Below are positions 51,327 to 61,157 of a stretch of DNA of 64,000 nt, piece by piece. Location: NCBI GenBank assembly GCA_963747695.1, contig CAVVFV010000003.1, positions 81,296 through 145,295 on the forward strand. Direction: 5' to 3'. The notes beneath the pieces were generated by a model that was not told the DNA's origin, searched no databases, and saw nothing but the letters and a program-made list of their open reading frames with translations. Origin of the DNA: Candidatus Falkowbacteria bacterium. Lineage in GTDB: Bacteria > Patescibacteriota > Patescibacteriia > Patescibacteriales > WJLG01. The position numbers were made by a program, and so were the translations under genes. Every line of letters begins with the position of its first letter. Within the stretch, counting starts at the first letter, position 1.

Positions 51327-51908
51327 TTATTTTTGCTGCTCGTACTTGCCCATCAGCACCGCTTCATCGATGATGTGCCCGGTCATGGATTTAAGCAAAG
51401 TCTTAACGTTTGATCCCGCGGGCAGATTCAATTTTTCGTCCAAAGCATAAAGACGATAATAATAATGGTGCGTACCGGATGGCGGGCAAGGCAAGACATA
51501 TTTATTAGTCCCGGACGAATTGACGCCGGCCATCGCTTGCGGCGGCAATTTTTTGGCATCGATCGCGGTAACCGATGGATTGATATTCCAAACCAAAAAA
51601 TGAGTAAAAACTCCGGCCGGCGCGTCCGGGTCATCGACGACGAGGGTAAGCGTTACCGTGCTGGTCGGCACATTGGCAACCTGTAAAAGGGGCGCTCTCC
51701 CCGCGCCCGGGCAAGACAGATCGGCAGGCATAAAATCGCCGTTAACAAAATCCGGGCTGGTCATCATCATATAAATTTTGCTGGCAACGATTGGCGTGTC
51801 CGTGCCTTCGAAACTTTGATAAACAACCTGCGGCTTCGGCGCCGCGGTCGCGCAACCGGTTAGCGCCAGAATTGCCAAAATTAGAATAACTTTTTTTATC
51901 ATCATCAA
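51327..51908 (-). CDS. YbhB/YbcL (PEBP, Raf-kinase-inhibitor-like) family protein, secreted or lipoprotein
   Basis: VDDPDAPAGVFTHFLVWNI and PCPPSGTHHYYYRLYAL. Lipobox LTGC. Confidence 0.85.
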   Translation of the reverse strand: MMMIKKVILILAILALTGCATAAPKPQVVYQSFEGTDTPIVASKIYMMMTSPDFVNGDFMPADLSCPGAGRAPLLQVANVPTSTVTLTLVVDDPDAPAGVFTHFLVWNINPSVTAIDAKKLPPQAMAGVNSSGTNKYVLPCPPSGTHHYYYRLYALDEKLNLPAGSNVKTLLKSMTGHIIDEAVLMGKYEQQK

Positions 51909-51953
51909 GACATTATCACCGATTTGATCGGGCTAGCCATCAAATAATCTTAT

Positions 51954-53960
51954 TTAGAGCTGAACAAAAAAATGGCTGCCTTGGTTTTCCGCCGATTCGA
52001 ACCAGATATCGCCCCCCATCTTTTGAATAAATATCTTGACCATATACAACCCCAATCCGGTGCCGGGAATTTTTTTATCCGTGACATTTTCCGCCCGATA
52101 AAAACGGGTAAAAATCTTATCCTGTTGATCGCGGGGAATGCCATAACCGGTATCAGCGACGATCAACAGACAGGCGTCTTTGGCTAACTTCCGGTTACCG
52201 AAAGTTTCGCCGGCTTTCGCCCGGACCAATTCCACGGTGATCTTGCCGTTCTCGGGAGTATATTTAATGGCGTTGGAGAGCAGATTATCCACGATCAATT
52301 TGAAAAGATTGGGGTCGGCATTGATCGCGCACATTCCGCGATCGAATTTTTCCTCCGCCTGTATTTTTTTCTCATCGAGTTTGACTTTGAATTGCTCCTT
52401 GATGATCTCGGTGATCAGCGGACCGACATTGACGGGCATCGATTGCACCGGATTGATGCCATATTCGATTTTCGAGACGTTCAAAAAATCCGTGATCAGA
52501 TCGGAAATTTGCCGGTTAGCCTGATAAACCTCATCAATCATCGCCCGTTCGTCGCTCGAAAGTTTCGCGCCGTATTTTTCCAGGAACATTTCGATCCGCC
52601 AGCCGATCGCCGTGGAAGGACTGCGCAATTGATGCGAAGCGAATGAGACAAATTCGCTTTTCGCCTGATCGATTTCCACGTCGGCGGAAATATCGCGGAA
52701 AACATCGATCGCACCGGAAATCAAACCGTTGATCATTACCGGCGCAACCGTGATCGCCAAAGGAATTTTTTTGTCGCCGACCGCGTAATAATAAGGTTCG
52801 CTGACAGAAGAGGATATTGTTTTACCGCTGATCAGCGCCGCTTGCAGAGGCCGGTCTTTTTTCAATAAAGCCTTGCCGTCGGCGGCAAAAATCGACCAGA
52901 GTTTGAAAACTGACTTGCCGATCGCCTTTTCCGCCCTGATCCCGGACATCTTTTCCGCTGAATGATTAAAGAGTATCACCACTCCTTGTCGGTCGGTGGC
53001 GACTACGCCGACGCCGATACTATTGAGCAGGGCATCATCCAGAGCTTTGGCCTGGCTGACCGCCTGCTGATTTTTTTCTCTTTCGTTTTCCAATCCGTCA
53101 ATCACCAAAGCGTAATTCAGAACGAAAAATTCGAAGAGCAGGATATTTAAAGCTAAGATCAAGGCGATCCCCAATTGAAAATCAAAAAAACCGGCAATCA
53201 CCATCCGGTCGCCGATATAGGCTAGAATTACCGGTACGATCAAGGTTAAGGCAGCCAACTGACGGGCCAGCAGACCCCCGCCGCTTTGACTCATTAAAAT
53301 ATTCGTCAAACCGACATTCGGCCGCAAAAAAAGAATCGCCAAAGATAAAATAATGAAGTTAACCACGCCATGCAAAGCCAGCGGACTGAAAAAAATAAAC
53401 GAGGAGGAAAACGATGAATTAAACAAAAAAGCCAGCAGCATGAACAAAGCAAAGCTGCCGGTGATCAAGGCCAAATATTGCGCCAGCCGATGACCGAAAC
53501 CTTTGAAATCCAAGATAAAAATCGCCAGGCCGAACAGAATGAAATTAATCGCCGTGATCGGCGGCATCCGGCTGGGCGGCGTAAACTTGCCTAATTTGGC
53601 GGCAAACAAGATCCGGTCAACGGGAATATTTATCCCGAAAATATCGAGCAATTTCAGCGCGGACAAAACGATGATCAGTCCGGCCAGAAAAAAAGATATC
53701 CGGCGGGCCAGGACGGAAGAAAAAAAATAGGCGGCGCCAACGCTCAAACCGCAAAGGATAAAGATGATCGCGGCCAGAGGATTCATCGGTACCAATCCCA
53801 GAACCAGCGTTTGCAGTCTGGTGATATCATATTGCCAGCCGATCAAAACTAAAACTCCGATTAGGCTGACGAAGATCCCTCCGATCAAAGCTGACAATCG
53901 CAATCTTCCCGCCAAGCGCAAGCCGACGCCCAGCCGGCGATTATTTTTTTCTTCAGGCAT
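51954..53960 (-). CDS. Sensor histidine kinase with a multi-TM N-terminal domain, PAS, HisKA and HATPase domains
   Basis: H-box FASHQLRSP, N box NLLSNAIKY, and G boxes DTGYGI and GTGLGL. No response regulator gene is adjacent. Confidence 0.85.
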   Translation of the reverse strand: MPEEKNNRRLGVGLRLAGRLRLSALIGGIFVSLIGVLVLIGWQYDITRLQTLVLGLVPMNPLAAIIFILCGLSVGAAYFFSSVLARRISFFLAGLIIVLSALKLLDIFGINIPVDRILFAAKLGKFTPPSRMPPITAINFILFGLAIFILDFKGFGHRLAQYLALITGSFALFMLLAFLFNSSFSSSFIFFSPLALHGVVNFIILSLAILFLRPNVGLTNILMSQSGGGLLARQLAALTLIVPVILAYIGDRMVIAGFFDFQLGIALILALNILLFEFFVLNYALVIDGLENEREKNQQAVSQAKALDDALLNSIGVGVVATDRQGVVILFNHSAEKMSGIRAEKAIGKSVFKLWSIFAADGKALLKKDRPLQAALISGKTISSSVSEPYYYAVGDKKIPLAITVAPVMINGLISGAIDVFRDISADVEIDQAKSEFVSFASHQLRSPSTAIGWRIEMFLEKYGAKLSSDERAMIDEVYQANRQISDLITDFLNVSKIEYGINPVQSMPVNVGPLITEIIKEQFKVKLDEKKIQAEEKFDRGMCAINADPNLFKLIVDNLLSNAIKYTPENGKITVELVRAKAGETFGNRKLAKDACLLIVADTGYGIPRDQQDKIFTRFYRAENVTDKKIPGTGLGLYMVKIFIQKMGGDIWFESAENQGSHFFVQL

Positions 53961-53977
53961 ATCTTTAGATTAATCAG

Positions 53978-54391
53978 TCACGACAACCCGTGCTGATGGA
54001 AACATTCGATATATTCCTGATCAGAATGATTGATATGATGAATCCACCAAAAATTAATGAAATCGGACAGCTCGGAAATGGTTTGCGCTTTTTGTTCTCC
54101 GTAATAATTATCTCTAAGTTCCTCAATTTTCCGGCGATAATCATCATGCTCCTTGATGTGCGGTTCGGTCTGATCGTAATCAAATTCCCGAAAATATATT
54201 TCTTCGTTGGTGAAATGATAATGCGCGTAATCAGTCAACTCTTGCAGAATGCTGAGCAGCTCCAGGTCGGAATAATCTCCGGCCGAGATCAGCCGCGAAA
54301 TCCGGTTGATGATCTCGATTATTTTCTGATGCTGCTCATCAAGCTCCTTGACACCTACCGAAAACTTATCCTCCCATTTTATTTCCGGCAT
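53978..54391 (-). CDS. Bacteriohemerythrin
   Basis: WEDKFSVGVKELDEQHQK, HFTNEE and WWIHHINHSDQEY. Confidence 0.85.
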   Translation of the reverse strand: MPEIKWEDKFSVGVKELDEQHQKIIEIINRISRLISAGDYSDLELLSILQELTDYAHYHFTNEEIYFREFDYDQTEPHIKEHDDYRRKIEELRDNYYGEQKAQTISELSDFINFWWIHHINHSDQEYIECFHQHGLS

Positions 54392-54438
54392 ATAATTTAA
54401 TTATTTAATAAATATATAAAGTCGCTTTCGCTATTTGG

Positions 54439-54852
54439 TTAAAATAATCCGTGATCATGGAAACATTGCGTATATTCCTTATCCGAATGATTGATATGCC
54501 AAACCCACCAGCCATTTAGGAAATCCGCCAGATCAACGAGAACTTCTTTCTTCTTGCCGTCTCCATAATTATCTTTCAGCTCCTTGACCCGGGCGCGATA
54601 ATCATTGTGCGTTTCGATATGGCTTTCGGTTTTGGGATAATCAAACTCGCGGAAATATCTTTCTTCGGTGGTAAAATGATAGTCGGCGTAATCAACCAGT
54701 TCATTCAAGATATTGGAAACCGCCGCGTCGTTAAAATTCTTATTTTCCACCATGGCAAACAATCGATTGATGATATCGATCATTTTCTGGTGCTGGCCGT
54801 CGATTTCCTTAACGCCGACGGAATAAGTCTTGTCCCAGACAATTAGAGGCAT
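54439..54852 (-). CDS. Bacteriohemerythrin, tandem paralog
   Basis: WDKTYSVGVKEIDGQHQK, HFTTEE and WWVWHINHSDKEY. Confidence 0.85.
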   Translation of the reverse strand: MPLIVWDKTYSVGVKEIDGQHQKMIDIINRLFAMVENKNFNDAAVSNILNELVDYADYHFTTEERYFREFDYPKTESHIETHNDYRARVKELKDNYGDGKKKEVLVDLADFLNGWWVWHINHSDKEYTQCFHDHGLF

Positions 54853-54945
54853 AAATTATAGATATTAAACTGAATTATTAATCATTAATTATAGCATTTT
54901 CCCGCTTGACCGTCCAAAATGCAAAAAGCCGGGAAGCGGCTGATT

Positions 54946-55653
54946 TTACCTTTTTCCCCAGGCTTTCATAACCGAATGATAATTGCGCAGAGCGATTTTT
55001 TTATCAAATTCATTCATTTCTTCAAGCATTGTCCCCTGTTCGGCGGCGGAAAAATATCCCATCGACTCGGGAAAGAATATTTCGTCTTCGCTTTTAATAT
55101 GGCGCGGATAAAGTTCGATCAAAAACTTCAGCGCTTTGATTATTTCCGCCGAGCGCTCTGAGCTTTCCCCGGCCGCGGCGGCAGCGGCCATGGCTTTAAC
55201 CGTCTCTCGCGCCGCCTGATGCTCGCTCACCAATTGATCAAGCAGCTCCCGCTCGTCAGCTTTGATTTCTTTGGCCTTTAGTTCGCGGAATAAAATATCT
55301 TCTTCTTTGCCATGATGGAATAAATCGGCATAATTATGAAAAAAATCAGCGGCCTGGATCAAAAACTCCCCATCCACCGGCAAACCTTGTTCGATTTTCG
55401 CAACCTCTTTGACTAGCACTGGAACAATCTTCTCGATCAGCCGATGTTCGATCATCAGCAAGCCGATCGGTTCCATCGGCCGGGCGGTCGGCTGATCGAT
55501 CTTTTCGAATCGATCTTGACGAGCGCCGCAAACCGGGCAAACCCAATCTAAGGGCAAATCAGTAAATTTTGTCCCGGGTTTGATGCCGCGGGTAGGGTCT
55601 CCTTTTTCTTCATTGTAGATATAGCTGCAAGGTTGGCAGCGGAAAAGCGCCAT
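54946..55653 (-). CDS. Rubredoxin-domain / hemerythrin-like (HHE cation-binding) fusion protein
   Basis: N-terminal CQPCSYIY...CPVCG is rubredoxin-type. It is followed by helical His/Glu-rich blocks [20 protein letters not shown] and [11 protein letters not shown]. Confidence 0.7.
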   Translation of the reverse strand: MALFRCQPCSYIYNEEKGDPTRGIKPGTKFTDLPLDWVCPVCGARQDRFEKIDQPTARPMEPIGLLMIEHRLIEKIVPVLVKEVAKIEQGLPVDGEFLIQAADFFHNYADLFHHGKEEDILFRELKAKEIKADERELLDQLVSEHQAARETVKAMAAAAAAGESSERSAEIIKALKFLIELYPRHIKSEDEIFFPESMGYFSAAEQGTMLEEMNEFDKKIALRNYHSVMKAWGKR

Positions 55654-55718
55654 AATTTTGAATAATTGATTGCTTAATGCTAAAATGTTAAAAGACTAAT
55701 CAAGTTAATTTTAATCTT

Positions 55719-55904
55719 ATGTCAAAAATTGTCGTTGATCGTGAAAAGTGCCAAGGTTTCGGCGTCTGCGTTTCGATCTGTCCCGAAGTCTTCCAATTGG
55801 ACAAAGACGGTAAATCCACCGTCATCAAACAGGATTGCCAGAATTGTGATTGCCAGCGCGCCGCCAATAGCTGCCCGACTCTGGCCATTTCCATCGAGGA
55901 ATAA
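55719..55904 (+). CDS. Small single-cluster ferredoxin
   Basis: 61 aa. DREKCQGFGVCVSICPEVFQLDKDG...ANSCP. Confidence 0.8.
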   Translation: MSKIVVDREKCQGFGVCVSICPEVFQLDKDGKSTVIKQDCQNCDCQRAANSCPTLAISIEE

Positions 55905-55907
55905 ATA

Positions 55908-56732
55908 TTATTCCCGCATCAATTCATCAAAGGTCGGTTCTTCGACTTGATAGAAAATGCCCAGCGGAATTTTTGGCGAGCTGACATCGGAATAATCCCA
56001 TTCTCTAGCCTTGGCCAGCGCGGCTGACTTATCCGACGGATTATGCTGTTCGTCCAAATGATAAACGCTGTTGCGATAATATTCGTAGGTGTTGAAAAAA
56101 GTAAAACACGGCTGCAAAACTTCCACAAAAGAAAAGCCCTGATGCGTCACGGCTTTTTTTATTATTTCGCGCAAAAATTCCGCGTCGCCGGCAAACCCGC
56201 GGGCGACGAAAGTCGCGCCGGTGATGATCATTAATTCGAGCGGATTGAACGGCTTGTCCAACGAACCGTCGGGAGTCGATTTACCTCTGAATTTCTGCGG
56301 CGAAGTCGGCGAGACTTGGCCGGTGGTTAGCGCGTAAACGCGATTATCATGGATGATCGAAGTGATATTGATATTCCGCTTGGCCGCAAACAGCAGATGA
56401 TCAATCCCCTCCCCATAGGAATCGCCATCGCCGGCCAGGGCGACGACGGTTAATTCCGGGCGGGCAATTTTTATTCCGGTCGCCGGAGCCACGGAACGGC
56501 CATGCAGAGAATAAAAAGAATTTACCTTTAGATAATCGGCGATCTTGCCGTGGCAGCCGATGCCGGTCGTCACCGCCAGATTTTCCCGTTTGACTTTTCC
56601 TTCATTGATCAATTCGGCAAAAGCTTTTTTTACGGCGATCTCGATCCCGAAATTGCCGCAGCCCGGGCACCAGGTGTTCGGACAGGCGGTGCTTAAATCG
56701 GCCACCGCCACGTTTGTTTTAACCGCTTCCAT
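55908..56732 (-). CDS. 2-oxoacid:ferredoxin oxidoreductase, beta (TPP-binding) subunit
   Basis: WCPGCGNFGI and GDGDSYGEGIDH. Confidence 0.9.
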   Translation of the reverse strand: MEAVKTNVAVADLSTACPNTWCPGCGNFGIEIAVKKAFAELINEGKVKRENLAVTTGIGCHGKIADYLKVNSFYSLHGRSVAPATGIKIARPELTVVALAGDGDSYGEGIDHLLFAAKRNINITSIIHDNRVYALTTGQVSPTSPQKFRGKSTPDGSLDKPFNPLELMIITGATFVARGFAGDAEFLREIIKKAVTHQGFSFVEVLQPCFTFFNTYEYYRNSVYHLDEQHNPSDKSAALAKAREWDYSDVSSPKIPLGIFYQVEEPTFDELMRE

Positions 56733-56747
56733 ATTTTTAGAGTTTAA

Positions 56748-58406
56748 TTATAAATATTGTTTGATTTTTTCCGCCAATTCCTTGACCGTGAACGGCCGGC
56801 CGTCATATTTTAATATTTTGGCGTCAATCTTGAAACCCGCCGCCTCTACCAAACCGCACAACTGACCGGTGCTATTACACTCAACACCGATAATTTTCTT
56901 AGCGCCTTTCAATTTTTCCTTTAGCTCCCCAACCGGCAGCGGATGAACGACCAGCGGCTGCACCACCCGGCAGCCCAATCTCGCGGCCGCCTCAACCACG
57001 CTGCCTTTAGTCGACCCCCAAACCAAGAGAACAACTTCGCTTTTTTCATCGCCGTAAGTTTTAACCGTTTGGCGTTTTTTTAATTCTGCCTCGATGGTTG
57101 CCGCTTTTTTTCTCCTTTTTTCGACATTCTTCACCGTCCATTCCCCTTCCTCGGTGGTGATACCGTCTTCGTCATGCTCATAGCTGTCGGATTTAACGAC
57201 CGCACCGGCTTGGCCAGGGAAAGCCAGCGGCGAAATACCATCATCAGTTAAGAGATAACGGCGGTACTCCCCTGCTTTATCCCAAAGTTTGATTGGCCTG
57301 ATCTCGCCGGCGATTTTGTCTGGATCAGTTGAAAAAGTGCTTTCACACAAATGTTTATCGCCCAAAATGATCACCGGAATCTGAAATTGCCAGGCCAAAT
57401 TCTGCGCGTCGCGGGCGGCTTCGATCGCTTCTTCAGTATCGCCCGGAGCGATCAGGATCCGGGGAAATTCACCGTGGCCGGCATACAAAGCGAATAATAA
57501 TTCACCCTGGCCGGTATAAGTCGGCAAACCGGTTGCCGGACCCGGGCGCATACCCAGAATTATCACCAGGGGAATTTCCGCTTGACCCGCCAAGCTCAAA
57601 TGCTCGACCATCAAGGCAAATCCCCCGCCCGAAGTTGCGACCATCGAGCGTTTGCCGGCATAAGCCGCGCCTTCGGCCATCCCGATCACGCCGATTTCAT
57701 TTTCCGCATGCACCACGCTTAAATTATATTTCTGTTGATTTTCCGCCAGATAATGCAGAATGGCGGTGACCGGAGTCATCGGGTAAGCCGCATAAAATTC
57801 CAGCCCGCCCTTTACCGCGCCGATCGCCATGGCTTCGTTGCCAGTCATCAATTGCGCAGGCGCTTTATCCAGTCGGTTAAGCGCAAATTTTTTCCCCGAA
57901 CTCGCCGCCAGATCATAAGCTTCACGGGCGATCGCCAAGTTCTCGTCCACTTTCTTATTGAGAGAATTCCTGATGACTTTTTCCACCAGGGAAAAATCAA
58001 CGCCTAAAACCGCGGCTAATACTCCCAACACCGCCGTATTGCGGACAATCGGCGGCAAATTGCTCTTTTTAACCATCGCCGTCAGCGCAAAACCGGCTCC
58101 GTCGGCTTTTACCGTGTCAGAATCGAAAATGACCAAGGAATTTTCTTTGAGGTGAGAAGAATGACGGCTGATCGTATTCTGGTCCATCGCGATCAGAATA
58201 TCGATTTGATCTTCGTGAGCCAGGATCTTTTCGGAAGCCGCGCGGATGATGGAAAAATTATGGCCGCCGCGGATAATCGAGGGATAATCCTCATAAACGA
58301 AAATCCAATAACCGAATTCGTTCAGCAGGCCGGCAATACTGGCTCCCGCCTGCCGTACCCCGTCTCCGGCTTTACCGCCGATCAGAATCGAACATTCATT
58401 AAGCAT
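56748..58406 (-). CDS. 2-oxoacid:ferredoxin oxidoreductase, fused gamma-alpha subunit
   Basis: 552 aa. N-terminal gamma-like IGGKAGDGV, followed by the alpha domain YPMTPVT. Adjacent to the beta subunit. Confidence 0.9.
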   Translation of the reverse strand: MLNECSILIGGKAGDGVRQAGASIAGLLNEFGYWIFVYEDYPSIIRGGHNFSIIRAASEKILAHEDQIDILIAMDQNTISRHSSHLKENSLVIFDSDTVKADGAGFALTAMVKKSNLPPIVRNTAVLGVLAAVLGVDFSLVEKVIRNSLNKKVDENLAIAREAYDLAASSGKKFALNRLDKAPAQLMTGNEAMAIGAVKGGLEFYAAYPMTPVTAILHYLAENQQKYNLSVVHAENEIGVIGMAEGAAYAGKRSMVATSGGGFALMVEHLSLAGQAEIPLVIILGMRPGPATGLPTYTGQGELLFALYAGHGEFPRILIAPGDTEEAIEAARDAQNLAWQFQIPVIILGDKHLCESTFSTDPDKIAGEIRPIKLWDKAGEYRRYLLTDDGISPLAFPGQAGAVVKSDSYEHDEDGITTEEGEWTVKNVEKRRKKAATIEAELKKRQTVKTYGDEKSEVVLLVWGSTKGSVVEAAARLGCRVVQPLVVHPLPVGELKEKLKGAKKIIGVECNSTGQLCGLVEAAGFKIDAKILKYDGRPFTVKELAEKIKQYL

Positions 58407-58520
58407 AAAATTTAATAATAATTTATGAACGATTATTTATGCTTCAATTATATCATTTCCTCATAATTAACAAAAATCCCGACTTGCATCGGGATTTTAA
58501 ATAACTGAAAAAAATATCGA

Positions 58521-59003
58521 TTACGGAGCGACGACGAACCAGACGCCGTTGAAATTCTGACCGGTGGTATCGCCGGGTTTGATATCCTTTGACCAATAAT
58601 ACAAAGGTAAACCCTGATAAGTTATCTGACTGGTGCCATCGGCGCGGGTAATCGTGCCGAGCGTGCCGCTAAGACCGCTGCCGGCCTTCAAGGTCATACC
58701 GGCCGTTAACAAATAAGGCGGCCAAAGTGTTGCGCATTGCCCGGCGCAATTGCTGACGCCGATCTTATCATTGTTGAATTTATAAAGCGTCAGGCCATTG
58801 GCGGCGACCAGATAATCGCCCAAGGAGGCGTTATTGGCAACTGTTACGGTCGCAGTCGACGGCTGCACCGTTTGTGATGTGCTCGGGGTTTGCGTCAGGT
58901 AGGCGTTTTTGTTTTGCGCCATCATCCACCACCAATACCAGCCGATCAGCACGATTACAATTACGAGAAGCACAACCAGCCAGATGGTTGTTGATTTCTT
59001 CAT
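58521..59003 (-). CDS. Secreted repeat protein of the COG4315 / Y-x-[FWY]-x-x-D lipoprotein type
   Basis: TM or signal segment at the N-terminus. GLTLYKFNNDK...C...C...WPP and GLPLYYWSKDIKPGD. Confidence 0.7.
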   Translation of the reverse strand: MKKSTTIWLVVLLVIVIVLIGWYWWWMMAQNKNAYLTQTPSTSQTVQPSTATVTVANNASLGDYLVAANGLTLYKFNNDKIGVSNCAGQCATLWPPYLLTAGMTLKAGSGLSGTLGTITRADGTSQITYQGLPLYYWSKDIKPGDTTGQNFNGVWFVVAP

Positions 59004-59098
59004 AACGTTTGAAGTTAGTTAATTAAGCTTGCTTGTATTATATCAAAATTGAATTTGCTTGAAAATGCCGAACAAAAACGAATTTATCGCGCCTATTT

Positions 59099-59725
59099 TC
59101 AAGTGCGCGGATCATTTTTTTGCCATTCCTTGAACCGGTTGGCTTTCCGCTCCATCCGATCCGGCGGGCGGATCAGATGCAGATTTTTTTTCGGCGCCAC
59201 CGGAAAATGGCGGACATCGTCGATCGCCCCGGCTAGTTCGAATAAATTTTCCTCGTCAGTGATCCATTTTTTTCCGAATCTTTTCAGATTGATCGGCTTG
59301 GAATAACTGCGCAAAGTCTTCCGATGCGTCCGGTCGTGCAGATATTCATGGAAATAGGACATCGCCAACTCGCGCGGCGACCGATAAACCGGATCGCGCC
59401 AACGCAAGCCGACATGATTGGTCTTGCTGATCGCCCCCCAATAACCGTTTATTTTATACAAGGCGATAACATGATCGGCATCGCCGCCCGTGGCCTTAAA
59501 ATCCATCACCAGCGGTTCCCGACCATTCAGCCAAAAGGCGGTAGCGGCCAAAAGCGCCCCTTCGATGCAATGCATCTTCTTGGTTTTTAAAACTACCCGC
59601 GGCGACATGCAAGTGTCGCCGTTCTTTTCCCAATTCCGCGGAAATGTATCCAAAAAATCCTGAATTTTGACCGGCGTATTCAATTTTTTCAAAATCGTGA
59701 TTTCTTTTTTAGATAATCCGAACAT
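59099..59725 (-). CDS. Hypothetical protein with a possible Cys/His (papain- or transglutaminase-like) core
   Basis: MHCIEGALLAA and DADHVIALY. Weak call. Confidence 0.4.
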   Translation of the reverse strand: MFGLSKKEITILKKLNTPVKIQDFLDTFPRNWEKNGDTCMSPRVVLKTKKMHCIEGALLAATAFWLNGREPLVMDFKATGGDADHVIALYKINGYWGAISKTNHVGLRWRDPVYRSPRELAMSYFHEYLHDRTHRKTLRSYSKPINLKRFGKKWITDEENLFELAGAIDDVRHFPVAPKKNLHLIRPPDRMERKANRFKEWQKNDPRT

Positions 59726-59728
59726 TTC

Positions 59729-60034
59729 TTAGCTTTGAATGAATAAGCAAACTCCTTTGACCAACTGATAAAGCAAAACGAGCGTACAAAAATTCTGAAC
59801 TAAAATCAAGGGAATGCCGAAATAAAAATACCACTTGCGGGTTTTGTGATGGAAAGTGAACATGCCCAGATAAATTCCCAGCCCGCCGAAAAAAATCGCC
59901 AGGAAAAACAACGCCCCCTCGCTTATCCGCCATTGGCCGCTCTCGGAAAAATTCTTATCCAACAGCATGATGATAAAAGACAGGAGATTGATCAGGCCGA
60001 GAAAAATCAAAAAATAAATAATAATTGTATTCAT
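59729..60034 (-). CDS. DUF1294 family membrane protein
   Basis: MLLDKNFSESGQWRISEGALFFLAIFFGGLGIYLGMFTFHHKTRKWYF. Confidence 0.75.
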   Translation of the reverse strand: MNTIIIYFLIFLGLINLLSFIIMLLDKNFSESGQWRISEGALFFLAIFFGGLGIYLGMFTFHHKTRKWYFYFGIPLILVQNFCTLVLLYQLVKGVCLFIQS

Positions 60035-60115
60035 GCCTTCATTTTAGCATAAAACAAAACCGCAGTCTTCCGGCTAAGCCTGCGGCGATAAAAAATTTTA
60101 TCTTCGATTCTTTGT

Positions 60116-60298
60116 CTAACTCTTCCGGGAAAGCAGAAATATGTTAGCCGAAAGCAGAATGATCAGGCCAAACAAAACTACCGCCTGGACAGTGGCGATG
60201 CCTTTGAATCCTTCTTCCATACCGTTGTATAGAATCCAGAGAATATAAACTATATTTCCCGCGATCACCGCACCGCGAAAAAATTTAAAAATCGTCAT
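60116..60298 (-). CDS. Hypothetical small membrane protein, 60 aa
   Basis: Two hydrophobic helices. Short ORF. Confidence 0.35.
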   Translation of the reverse strand: MTIFKFFRGAVIAGNIVYILWILYNGMEEGFKGIATVQAVVLFGLIILLSANIFLLSRKS

Positions 60299-60336
60299 GC
60301 CGACTGATTAACAATTATTATTAATGGTTCGAATTT

Positions 60337-60657
60337 TTATTTGGCAACTTCAACCGGTTCTTTCTTTTTATCCAGTTTATCCAGGCCGATCAATTTCACG
60401 CCGAAATAAACCACCAGCGCGACGACAATGAAATCAATGCCGACACTGATCAGATCCCCGTAAAGAATCTGAGCCGAACCAACATTGATTGCCGCCGTAT
60501 TCAAACCTTTAGCCGCTCCCAAAGCGAGCCCCAAGAGCGGATTGATGATATCCGTGACCAGCGCCGTCACCACTTTGGCAATCGCGCCGCCCAGGATAAA
60601 ACCCACTGCCAGGCCGACTACGCCTTGTTCGCGGATGAAATTAAAAAATCCTTTCAT
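60337..60657 (-). CDS. mscL: Large-conductance mechanosensitive channel
   Basis: FIREQGVVGLAVGFILGGAIAKVVTALVTDIINPLLG. Confidence 0.85.
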   Translation of the reverse strand: MKGFFNFIREQGVVGLAVGFILGGAIAKVVTALVTDIINPLLGLALGAAKGLNTAAINVGSAQILYGDLISVGIDFIVVALVVYFGVKLIGLDKLDKKKEPVEVAK

Positions 60658-60720
60658 ATTTTTAATTTAATGAATAAAATAAAATTTTGCGCCAGCCGGC
60701 GGAAGAATGGTTTACCCGGC

Positions 60721-61107
60721 CTAAAATTTGAACCGGTCGGCAAACTTGCCGATCACCGGCAAGGGTTCTTCTTTGCCGTTGGCGGCGTTGACGATGCCGA
60801 TAATCAGCAAAATAAGCGTTCCCAAATTGAGCAGCGTGTCGATCACCGACCAGAAAAAGAACGGGATGATCCGATTAACCACCGCGATAATGACGCCGGC
60901 GATGAATAAAACCAACCCTTGTTTGACGTGGTATTTCACGAAGGGATCCTTTTTGGAATCGCCGGTCAAAAGCGGAACAAAAAAAATGATATAGGCGATG
61001 ATCGCCATTGCCGTGTTTCTCTTTCCGCCGCCGGCAGTTTCGTTGGCGGCGGGCGGCGTCGCTGGCGCGGCCGGTGCGTTTTGTCCCGTCGGATTGTTTT
61101 GATCCAT
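60721..61107 (-). CDS. DUF4870-like membrane protein
   Basis: AIIAYIIFFVPLLTGDSKKDPFVKYHVKQGLVLFI. The start is probably MDQNNPTG. Confidence 0.6.
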   Translation of the reverse strand: MDQNNPTGQNAPAAPATPPAANETAGGGKRNTAMAIIAYIIFFVPLLTGDSKKDPFVKYHVKQGLVLFIAGVIIAVVNRIIPFFFWSVIDTLLNLGTLILLIIGIVNAANGKEEPLPVIGKFADRFKF

Positions 61108-61157
61108 AGAAATTAGGTTAGAATTAGTTATTAAAAATATCAATTTTAGCCCGCCGA

